Source: Chiloscyllium plagiosum
Lineage: Eukaryota
Direction: 5' to 3'
Length of the DNA: 64,000 nt
Assembly: GCF_004010195.1 (NCBI RefSeq)
Contig: NC_057742.1
Coordinates: 31,456,479-31,520,478 of the forward strand
Part shown: piece by piece, positions 1 to 10,758 of the stretch
Numbering within the stretch: position 1 is the stretch's first letter
Layout of the letters: the number at the start of each line of letters is the position of its first letter
Position numbers and translations under genes: made by a program
The notes under the pieces: generated by a model
Database searches by the model: none
What the model saw: only the letters and a program-made list of their open reading frames with translations
Told to the model about the DNA's origin: nothing

Positions 1-87
1 GGGCAAGGAGAGAAGAAGCTAGAGACTGCTACCAACAGCGGGAAGGAAGGAGCAAGAAGTCTAGATACAGCTTGCTATTCCAAAACT

Positions 88-400
88 CCACTGCTGACTC
101 TCAGCGCCAGGGACACAGGTTCAATTCCAGCCTCAGGTTACTGTCTGTGTGGAGTTTGCACATTCTCCCCGTGTCTGCCTACGTTTACTCAGGGTGCTCC
201 AGTTTCGTCCTACAGTCCAAAGATGTACAGGGTGGGTGGATTGGCCATACTAAATTGCTCAGTGTTCAGGGATGTGTAGGCTTGGTATATTGGTCAGGGG
301 AAGTGTAGAGTAGTAGGGGAGTGGATCTGGGTAGTATGCTCTTCAGAGGATCAGTGAGGACTTGTTGGGCCAAGTGGCCTGTTTCCACACTGCAGAGATT
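88..400 (+). mobile_element. tRNA-derived HE1/V-SINE-type SINE, 5' truncated
   Basis: cactgctg...ggttcaattcc B-box, V-domain-like ctgtgtggagtttgcacattctccccgtgtctgc, and 3' tail gggcctgtttccacactg. Confidence 0.8.
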
Positions 401-1797
401 CAGTGAACTAAGTCAGTATAGAGGTTTGGTGGGTGTAGGGAAACAGAGGCTGGGGGTGCTGTAAATTCAGTGAAGCCAATATGAAATACAAGAATGAATA
501 TTTTAAATTAACATCTCAGGGATGGATCAGCAAAGATGGAATGTTAGGTAAGCAACACTGCATTCATGTAATTAAATGTTGTACAAGTTGAAAGGCTATT
601 AAGTAACCGGAGTCAGTATGCTGCAAATCCTTCCCTGTCTCATCTACCCTGATACTCAAGAATTGAAAGGAATTCATGGACAGCTTTCTCTCAGAGACTG
701 AGATTACCCAGCCAGTTGCCACCATCTCTTCCCACCAGACTAACAGGTCAAACATTCTCTAACATTCTCACCTTGTTCTCATTGTGAACATCCCCTTCAG
801 CATCCCCAATTGCACAACCATTGGTGACTGCATATAGCTACAGAGATCCTAAATACAGGATTTCCGTCCTGATAAAAGGTCTGGAAAGCACTCAGAGTCT
901 ATGGGGAAGTAGATTCAATTGAAGCATTCAAAAGGGAATTAGACTGTTATCAGCATGTGCACAGTTATAGAGAGAAGGTGGGACAATGGCATTGTGAATT
1001 GCTCACATGGAAAGTTGGTGCAGGCATAATTGCCCAACTGTCTGCAGCATTTCCAAATCCTATGAAAACCTTTCCAATTACCCACTCCCTTTATGACAGT
1101 TCTTTAAATCATCTGATCATTTTTCATCACCTGTTCCAATATCTCTTGCGGCCTGGTGGAAAATTTTGCATGATAGCAGTCCAATGAAGCATCTTGAGAT
1201 GTTTTATTAAAGGTGCCATATAAATTCAAGTTGTAGGTGACAGGGAAATCAATTGCTGAGGTCACAAGATTAGGGGTAATGGTTTCAATTACAATGACAG
1301 TAAGGTAGGGTCAGAGTCAGTCATATTGCACAGGTAGAAGCAAGCAGGATGTGGGAATGATGTGGTATAATTTGGAGATCAGGTCTGTATCAGAGTGGCA
1401 TTTATCATCCTTCATGAATATGGAATGATAGTCAAATAGTAAGGGGTACTCGGTTTATGACGAAAATTTAGAAGTTTTGATCTTCTCTTTTTTAGTTGGA
1501 CAAAATACTGATGTGTGTCTTGAACAGCGAGTCAGGCAGCTTATCTGGAGGATCTAGTTCAAAATTAAATGGGACCGTTCAAGAATTCATCTTCCAAATC
1601 TAAACTAGGATTTAAACACAAATACCTATTGTAGCAGTTGAAAATTTTTCAATGGTACTCAGCTGCCAGATTGAACAGGACAGATCTGAGTAAATGTCAA
1701 ATGCAAGACTTTTTTCGCTGCGGAGTATAGTGCAGTTTGATGAAGTTCTTTCAAACGAGCCCTTATAAACAGGGAATTTACATAATTTTCCACTCAC

Positions 1798-2025
1798 CTG
1801 AGGTAAAGGGCAACAGTTCCAGCCGCCAGCGTTATTTTTGCAGCAACTGCTCCCTGATGGGCATATTGTACCATCATCACAGATCTCGTCCTTCATTTTT
1901 TCCATACTGTTTGTAAGCTTTAGGACCATGGGAATGGAAGAATCCTTCATCTCACACATTCCTTTCTGAACATCACATGTGTAGCCACTGGGACAACAGT
2001 GTATATGATCTTCACAGCAAACTGC
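1798..2025 (-). CDS. grn: Progranulin coding exon 11: C-half + linker + N-half (duplicate unit B, second exon); gene continues beyond the window
   Basis: taatag|[76 protein letters not shown]|gtgagt. 228 nt, phase 0-0. Confidence 0.95.
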
Positions 2026-2683
2026 CTATTAGTACAAAATAACAATATAAAATTAAGATGCAAGTTCAAACAAAAAATTCAACATCCATCTTAATCCTTC
2101 TGAGATTCCCCCGCACTTTTGAAGCCTGCAGGGTGGGCTGTGCATGCGTGTGTTTGCAACAGTTAAACTCTATCCAGTGTGAAACACAAATCCAACTGCA
2201 GTTCAGAATACCATCTGGAGGTTCACTCCTTCACCAATTTACACAATACTACCGAAAAAAATAGCAATCACCCGAAATATTCAACACACATGATGAATCA
2301 ATAATCATCTGATACTGTGAAGAGGCAGACTTGAAATGCAGTGAATGTTGTGATGAAATAAAACTTAAGTATCAGATCAATGTGGGGAGCATACTAGATA
2401 TTGTTAATCCATAATCGTCGGTATTTCAATTTTTCTTCCTGAAAATCCATTTCTCAGTAATACGATTTTCTGAGGAAGGCTACTAAATATACATTCAAAC
2501 TCCACTCTCATTCCAGTTTACACACAATTTGCCTCCCAGCTGGAAAAGAAAGTGCTGATAGCATTATTAAAAGAATGGAACTTCATTCACTGCTTTGAAT
2601 ATCTACCTCAAACAAAGATTCTACATATTGTCAATGATACGTTTTCTAGTGTTCAGGTCAAGATTTTTGTTATTAAAACCAAC

Positions 2684-2923
2684 CTGTGGAATGGGACAGC
2701 ATGCCCAACCTCCTGAAGTGCCCTTGCAGCATGTTTGATTGTCAGCACAGCTCTTGGTTTCATCACACTTGACATTCCTTATTGTACCCTGCACAATAGC
2801 TGGAGTCTTGGTCATCCAGGGAATAGAGATGCCCATCTTATAGCAATCTCCAGTATCAGGATTGCATTTGAAGCCCTTAGGACAACAATCTGGTCTTTGT
2901 ATGTGGTCTTTGCAGCAAACTTT
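2684..2923 (-). CDS. grn: Progranulin coding exon 10: atypical C-half + linker + N-half (duplicate unit B, first exon)
   Basis: aatcag|KVCCKDHIQRPDCCPKGFKCNPDTGDCYKMGISIPWMTKTPAIVQGTIRNVKCDETKSCADNQTCCKGTSGGWACCPIPQ|gttggt. 240 nt, phase 0-0, all 12 Cys retained. Confidence 0.85.
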
Positions 2924-3684
2924 CTGATTGGGAAAATAAACATGCAATAAATTAATCATAGCCCCAAATTTTCTCCTATTAAAATTGATTTTGGGATACA
3001 AACATAATTTAAAACTTTCTGACCTACAATTATGTCAACATTTGTATTTCAAATCATTGTTGGCAGAGTTGCACCTTAAATATTCTTTCATTGTTTACCT
3101 CTCCCGAAGCTGTAAGCAATGTTTTCTGTTTATTTACAGTAAGTCAATAGTGAAGTCTCTTGGTAATTGTTATCAGTTGCTGATTATTTAACCATTTAAC
3201 ATTTACCTTCAGTTCTTGAAAGCCAATGAATATATTTTACAGTTGAATTCAAGGCCTGTGACATGCTCTTGTATCCACAGTATTTATATGGCGAGTTCAG
3301 TTCATTTTCTGAACACTGGTAACCCCCCCGAATGTTGATAGGGGAAGATTTCGTGATAGCAATGCCACTGAATGTCAAGGGGCCATGGTTAGATTCTCTC
3401 TTCTCAGGGATGGTCATTTCCTGGCCCTTATGCGACTCTAGTGTTCTGAAGTGGGAAGGTGATTAACGTACAAGTTGAAGATGGTTGGACCTAGCACACT
3501 GTCGTGACAAAATCCCACAAAGACGGCCTGAAACAGGATGACTGACTCCAGTAAACTCAGTCATCTTACCTTGGGTGTGACTCTAACCAGCAGTTTTCTC
3601 TTCCTTGATTCTCACCCAATTCCCATTGACTCTAGTTTTGCCAAGGCTTCACAGTTAAATTCGGTTTCAATATGGTTGTGTGCA

Positions 3685-4937
3685 AGATAAATCGTGTCTC
3701 AAACTTGATTGAGATTTTTGAGCAAGTAATCAACATGATTGATGAGGGCAGAACAGTAGGTATTATTTACTTGGATTTTAGTAAAACCTTTGACAAGTCC
3801 CGCATGTTAGATTAATTAATAAAGTTAGATCACATGGAATTCAGGGTGAGCTTGCCAATTGGATACCAGATTGGCTTAATGGCAGCAGACAGAGTGTGAT
3901 GATGGAAGGTTGCTTTTTGGACTGCAGGCATATGACCGGTCGTGTTCCACAAGGATCGGTACTGGCTCCACTTTTGTTTCTCATTTATATAAGTGATTTA
4001 GATGAGAATATAGAAGCATGGTTCGTAAGTTTGCAGATGACATCAAAATTGGTGGTACAGTAGACAACGAAGGAGGTTATCTAAAGTTACAAAGAGATCT
4101 TGTTCACTTGGGTCAATGGGATGAAGAATAGTAGATGGAGTTTAATTTGGATAAATGCAAGGTATTGTATTTTGATAATTCGAACAAGGACAGGATTTAT
4201 ACAATTAAAAAGACAGTCTCGGTTAGTTTTGTAGAATAGAGACACTTAGGGGCTCAAGTACATAATTCTTTGAAATTTGTGTCTTGGGTAGACAAAGTGG
4301 TTAAGAAAGTGTTTAGCACGCTTGTCTTCATTGCTCAGACCTTCGAGTAAAAGGGTTGGGACATCATGTTAAGGTTGTACAGTACATTGATGAGGCCTAT
4401 TTTGGAGTAGTATGTTCAATTCTGGTCCTTCCATTATAGGAAGAATATCAAGTTACAGAGGGCTCAAAAAAGATCTACCAGGATGTTGCCAGGAATGGAG
4501 GGTTTGAATTATGAAGACAGCCTGGACAGATTGGGACTTTTTTCACTGGAGCGTATGAGATTGAGGGGTGACTTTATAGATGTTTATAAAATCATGAGGG
4601 GTACAGTTACAGTGAATTGCAGGTGCCTTCACCCTAATGTGGGGAATTTCAAGACTGGGGCATATTTTTAAGTTAAGAGGAGAACGATTAAAAAAATGAT
4701 ATGGGGCAATTATTTGATTTTAAACACAGATTGGTTCATGTGTGGAATAAACTTCCAGAAGAAGTGGTGAATGCAAGTACTGTTACAACATTTAAAAGAC
4801 ATTTAGATAAGGACCAGAATAAGGAATGTTTGGAGGGGTATAGGCTTAGCGCAAGAGGGTGGGACTAGTTTAGCCTAGGATTATGTTCTGCTTGATTGGA
4901 CCAATAGGTCAGTTTTAGTGTTGCAAGACTCTATGAT
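3685..4937 (+). mobile_element. CR1-clade LINE, 3' portion, degenerate
   Basis: Reverse-transcriptase remnants (YLDFSKTFDK, KFADDIK), C-terminal LGLFSLERMRLRGD motif and a gactctatga-type tail. Confidence 0.85.
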
Positions 4938-4984
4938 ACTATTATCAAGGGCAGTCACACGCCTCACCTCTGAAATTCAGTTCT

Positions 4985-5510
4985 ATTTCGGCTGTACACT
5001 TATCCTCACCCTTTCCCACATTACACTGTCAGGTTTTTGCCCACTCACTTAATTTGCCGATATTTTTCTGTTGATTCCTTGAGACATCCTCACCATTTGC
5101 TTTCCCACAATTTTGAGTGATCCGCAAACTTGGTAATAGCATACTCATTTCCCTCACCCATGTCATCAATATAGTTGTAAATAATTGTGGCCCCAACACT
5201 GACCTCCCGAAACACTCCACTAGATACAGCTTGCTATCCTGAAATTGCCTGTTTTAACCCAACACTATCTTCTGTTAATTAGTCAATCCTCTATCCATGA
5301 AAATCTACAACTCTCAATACCATGCAGTCATCCTATTAAGTAACTTTTACTTAATAGGATGAGTCATTACCCCAAATGCATTTTGGAAATTCAAATATAT
5401 TATATTGACTGGCTCCTTTTTATCTATACTGCTGTTAAGTCTCCAAAGAATTCTAATAAATTTGTCAGTCATCACTTCCCTTCATGAAGCCATAATGACG
5501 CTACCTAATT
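4985..5510 (-). mobile_element. CR1-clade LINE RT fragment
   Basis: Minus strand gives GSVLGPQLFT and KFADH-like reverse-transcriptase remnants. Confidence 0.65.
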
Positions 5511-6478
5511 TTGTATCTCAGAATGAGATTACCCAGCCAGTTGCCTCCACCAGTTTAACAGGTCTCTGACATTCGAATCCTGTTCTCAGTGTGAACATCC
5601 CCTTCAGTGTTCCCAATTTAATTGCACAACCATTGATGACTGCATTATGCTACAGAGACCCTAAATACAGGAATTCCCTCCTGATAAAGGTTTGGAAAGC
5701 ACTCAGAGTCTATGGTGAAGTAGGTTCAGTTGGGGTTCAAAAGGGAATTAGATTGACTTTGGAAAAGAAAGAATGTGCATGGTTATAGGGAGAAGGTGGG
5801 ACAATGGCATTGTGAATTACTCACATGGCAAGTTGTTGCAGCCATAATTAGCCAACTGTCTGCAGCATTTCTAAATCCTATGAAAACCTCTCCAATTACT
5901 CTCTTACTTTATGACAGTTCTTTAAATCACCTGATCATTTTTCGTCACCGGTCCCAATATCTCCTATGGCCTAGTGGAAACTTTTGCATCATAGCATTAC
6001 TGTGAAGCATGTGCCATATAGATTCAAGCTGTAGGTGGCAAGATTAGGGGTAATGATTTCAATTTCAATGGCAGTAAGGTAGGGTCAGAGTCAGTCATGT
6101 TATACAGGTAGAAGCAAGCAGGATGTGGGAGGGATGTGATAGGATTTGAAGATTGGTGCTGCATCAAAGTAACATGCTTCAGACTTCATGAATGATGGTC
6201 AAATGGTGAGGGGTACTTGGTTTATGACAAAAATTTAGAAGTTTTGATCTGCCTGTTTTTTAGTTTAAAATACAGTGTGTCTTGAACTAAGGCTTGAACA
6301 TTTGTACCTACTGTAGTAGGCAAAAGCTTTTCAATGGTACACAGCTGCCAGATCAAAAAGGACAGATCTGACTAAACGTCAAATGCAAGATTCCTCACTG
6401 TGGAGGATAGTGCGATTTGATGATGTCCTTTCAAATGATCTCTTATTAACAGGAAAATTGCACAAATGTTCCTCTAAC

Positions 6479-6570
6479 CTGAGGTAAAGAGCAACAGCTC
6501 CAGCTGCCAGTCTTATTTCTGCAGCAACTGCTCCATCACGTGCATTTTATACCATCATCACAAGTCTTAC
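6479..6570 (-). pseudogene. Degenerate N-half granulin remnant (intronised part of the former exon)
   Basis: Paralogous to 1798-1890 but 1 nt shorter. The ancestral frame reads [29 protein letters not shown] with TGA at 6536-6538. The old donor has decayed to CAG|gttaga. Confidence 0.85.
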
Positions 6571-6705
6571 CTTCATTTTTTCCATACTGCTTGTCAACTT
6601 CAGGACCATGGGAATGAAAGAATCCTTCGTCTTACATAAGCCTTTCTGAATGTCACATGTGTAGCCATTGGGACAACAGTGTGTATGATCTTCACAGCAA
6701 ACTGC
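6571..6705 (-). CDS. grn: Progranulin coding exon 9: C-half + linker only (shortened by a new donor)
   Basis: caatag|[45 protein letters not shown]|gtaaga. 135 nt, phase 0-0. Use of this donor is inferred from the consensus match and frame preservation. Confidence 0.72.
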
Positions 6706-6951
6706 CTATTGGTACAAAAGCAACAATATATTAAGTTGTATTTAATCACAGCATTCACTGCATTTCAAATCTGGCTCTTTCCAGCTTCCAGATGGTTTTT
6801 GATGCATCATGTGTGTGGATATTTTGGGTGATCTATCTTTTGGGGGTCGTATTATTGGAAAAGAAACATACCTCCAGCTGGTATTCTGAACTGCAGGTGG
6901 ATTTGTGTTACACAGTGGATAGTGTTTAACTGTTGGAAACATGCATGAACA

Positions 6952-9303
6952 CTGAATTGAATTGAATTGAATTTATTGTCACATATACCGAGGCACAATG
7001 AAAAGCTTTGTCTTGCAAGCAATACAGGCAGATCACAGAGTTAAATAGCATAGATAGTAAATCATAGGTAAACAGCAGGAAAAACAAAAACACAGATACA
7101 GGGACATGTTAAGAGTTTGAGAGTCCATTCAGTATTCTAACAACAGTAGGGTAGAAACTGTTGCGTAACCGGCTGGGGAGGCTGGGGAGAGAAGGCTTCT
7201 ATACCTTCTCTCTGATTGTACAGGTTGTAGAAAAACATTGCCAGGGTGGGATGGATCATTAAAAATGCTGGCAGCCTTTCCTTGACAGCGAGCCTGGTAG
7301 ATGGATTCTACACATGGGAGGTTGGCCTTTGTGACTGTCCGGGCCGAGCTCACTATTCTCTGTAACCATCTCCAATGTTGAATGGTGTAGTTGCCATACC
7401 AGGTAGTGATAAATCAAGACAGAATGCTCTCGATGGCGCACCTGTAAAAGTTGGCAAGGGTATTCACCGTCATGCCAAATTTCCTCAGCTGCCTGAGGAA
7501 GGGGAGATGTTGTTGGGCCTTTGTAACCAGTGCGTCCACATGAAGAGTCCAAGAAAGGTTGTTGTGGATGACCACTCTCAAGAGCTTGACATGCTTCACT
7601 CATTCCACCTCTGCTGTTAGTGTGTAGGGGGGTATGAGTAACATCCCACTGAAAGTCAATAACGAGTTCCTTGGTTTTTGCTGGCATTGAGAGCTAGAGC
7701 ACCATTTTTCCAGGTCTTCCACCTCCCATCTGTAGTCTGTTTCGTCGCCGTCTGAGAGTTCACCAACTATGGTGGTGTCATCAGCTAACTTGTAAATGGA
7801 ATTGCAGTCATGGGTATACACTGTGTACAGTAGGGGGCTGAGTGCGCATGCCGGGGGCTCCTGTGTAAGTGAATGAAATATTGTCCCCATTCTTCACTGA
7901 TTGTGGTCTGTGGGTCAGGAAACTGAGGATCCAGTTGCAGAGAGTGGGGTTTAGTCCAACATCACTAAGTTTAGTAATCAGTCTCAAGGGGGTAATAGTG
8001 TTAAAGGTTAAACTGTAGTCAATGAGTAGGATTCTTATGCAGCTATTCTTGGTGTCAAGATGTTCGAGGGAGGAGTGAAGGGCAAATGATATGGATCTGT
8101 TATTCCGATACGCAAATTGGAGTGGTCAAGAATCGTGGGGAGGCTTGAGCTGATTAATGCTATGACCAGCCTTTCAAAGCACTTCATGACCACCGAGGTG
8201 AGGGTCACTGGGCGGTAGTCATTGAGACATGCTGCATGAGCCGCCTTAGGCACAGGGATGATGTTGGCCCTTTTGAAGCAGGCAGGGACAGGGGACTGCT
8301 GCAGCGAGAGGTTGAAGATGTCCCAGAACACCTCTGCCAGTTGATCTGCGCATGCTCTGAGTGCGCAGCGTGGTACTCCATCTGGTCCCATCACTTTCCC
8401 TGAATTCACACGAAGGAAAACTGATCTGACCTCTGATGTTGGGACAGGTTCGTCAGGACTTGTCAGAATAGGTGTTACCTCTCTGCCGAAATTCTGCTCA
8501 AAGCGAGCATAGAAGGCTTTGAGGTGTTGTCATCGCCTGCTATCTTGCACTGTCTCTTTTTAGAACCTGTGATGTCATTCAGTCCTTGCCATAATCGCTG
8601 GGTGTCTGTCTGGATCTCTAGTTTGGATCAGTATTGATCCTGGGCTGTCTTAATGGCTCTGCAAAGGTCATACTTAGATTTCTTATATTTGAGTGGGTCT
8701 CCTGATCTGAAGGCCTCACGCCTGGTTTTTAGCAGGTTCTCTATGTCCTGATTCATCCAGGGTTTCCTGCTGGGGTACATCCGCATTGATTTCCTCGGTA
8801 TGCAGTCCTCCACACATTTGCTGTTAAAGTCTGTGACAATGTCGTCCATAGGTAACTGTTTGAAAATGTCCCAATCTGCCGATTCCAGACAGCACTGGAG
8901 TTGATCCTCTGCCTCCTCCAACCAGCACTGGACCTCTATCCGCGAGGGAGCCTCCTGGCTAGAGTTTTTGCCTGTAAGCCGGGAGAAGCATGGCATTATG
9001 GTTGGAGTTCCCAAAATGAGGGCAGGGGATGGAGCGGTACACATCCTTCCCAGTGGTGTAACAGTGGTCTAAAATGTTCGTGCCCCTGGTGGAGCAGGTA
9101 ATGTTCTGGTGGTACTCCGGCAACACCTTCCTTAGGTTGGCTTGATTAAAGTCGCCAGTTACAATAAACAGGGCCTCAGGGTGTTCAGTCTCCAGGGTGT
9201 TAGTAGTGGAATACAGCACATCCAGAGCTTCCTCAACCTTTGCTTGTGGCGATATGTACACAGCAGTGGTACATTCCAGTGGTAGATAGAAGGGGGCGAC
9301 AGT
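6952..9303 (-). mobile_element. Rex1/Babar-like LINE, 5' truncated
   Basis: Endonuclease remnant (ALFIVTGDFNQANL), RT remnant (GPDGVP...LNDYRPVTLTSVVMKCFERLV), (AATTC)n 3' tail, and TSD TGAACA at 6946-6951 and 9304-9309. Confidence 0.88.
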
Positions 9304-9617
9304 TGAACATTCCGCTTTGCAGGCATTAAAAAGTACAGGGGGAGGAAACTAGATATCCTTAGCATTCCTGATATTCCACTTTTCAGTAATAAGGTTTATT
9401 GGGCAACGTTACTGAATGTACACTCTTAACTCCACTTCCCCTCCAGCTTACACAAAAATCTTTTTCAAATGAAAGCCAAATTAAGGTGCTGATACTATTA
9501 TTGTAACAATAGATCTTCACTCTCAGCTTTGAAAATGTACCTCTCACAAAGATTCTGCATATTATCATAGATACGGTTTCAAGTGTTCTGGTCAAGATTT
9601 TTGTTCTGAAAACCAAC

Positions 9618-9845
9618 CTGTGGAATGGGGCAGCACGCCCAATCTCCTGAAAGGCCCTCGCAGCATGTTTGATTGTCAGGACAGCTCTTGGTTTCATCAC
9701 ACTTGACATCCCTCACTGTAACTTGCACAATAGCTGGAGTCTTGGTCATCCAGGGGATAGAGATGCCCCTCTGGTAGCAGTGTCCTTCCGAATCACATTC
9801 GAAGCCATGAGGACAACAATGTACGTGGTCTTCGCAGCAAACTGC
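9618..9845 (-). CDS. grn: Progranulin coding exon 8: C-half + linker + N-half (duplicate unit A, first exon)
   Basis: cattag|AVCCEDHVHCCPHGFECDSEGHCYQRGISIPWMTKTPAIVQVTVRDVKCDETKSCPDNQTCCEGLSGDWACCPIPQ|gttggt. 228 nt, phase 0-0. Confidence 0.95.
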
Positions 9846-10758
9846 CTAATGGGGAAAAAAGAACACGCGATAAATTAATCACAATCCCAAATTTTTTCCT
9901 GTAAAAGTTGCTTTTGGGGTACAAACATCATTTTAAACTTTCTGACCTACAATTATGTCAACATTTGTATTTCAAGTCATTATTGGCAGAGTTGCACCGT
10001 AACTATTCTTTCAGTGCTTACCTCTCCCGAAGCCGCAAATAATGGCATACCAAGACTCTCACCAAGCAGACCTAAAAATAAGGCGTTATCCTGTTGAAAT
10101 TGCAACACAGCCAGGACAATTTGCATGCCAAGCAGCATAAACAGCATTTGACAGAGCTAATCAATCCACAACCCACCAATCCCATATCAGATCCAAGCCT
10201 GTAGTTCTGCCACATGCAGTCACTAAAGTGGTGGACAATTTAACAAATAACAGGAGGATATTTTATAAATATCCCAATCCTCAAAGATGGGACAGGCCAG
10301 CAAAGGAGCTTACAAGACAATCTTGCAATATTTGAAGCACCTTCAGCCAGAGGTGCTGACTAGATGATCCTTCATGGCCTCTTCCATAAATTCCAAACAT
10401 CATAGATACCAAGCTTAAGCCAATGTTCATATGATGTCAAAAAATGACTGAAGACTTGATACTGCAACATACTGTCAATAGAATTGAAGACTTGTGCTCC
10501 AGAACTAGCCACACCCCTAGTCAAGTTGCTCCAGTAGTGTTGCACATTGGCATTTACTAGCAACGTGGAAAATTGCACAGGTACATCCTGTCCATAAAAA
10601 GGAGGGCAAATTCAACCCAGCACAATCAAACAGTCTACTCTCATTTATTAGCCAAGTGGTAGAATATGTCATCAATAGTTTCAACAAGTATCATTTACTC
10701 AATTACCTCCACAATGACACTTAGTTTGGGTTCTACCAGGGCCACTCGGTTCCTGACT

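Larger units (their letters stand above)
691..3121. repeat. Intragenic tandem duplication, unit B
   Basis: Exons and introns align with 5518-10043. Examples: gagattacccagccagttgcc at about 700 and 5525; ttctgacctacaattatgtcaacatttgtatttcaa at about 3017 and 9940. Confidence 0.9.
5518..10043. repeat. Intragenic tandem duplication, unit A (contains a later LINE insertion)
   Basis: Paralogous to 691-3121 once 6952-9309 is removed. Confidence 0.9.
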
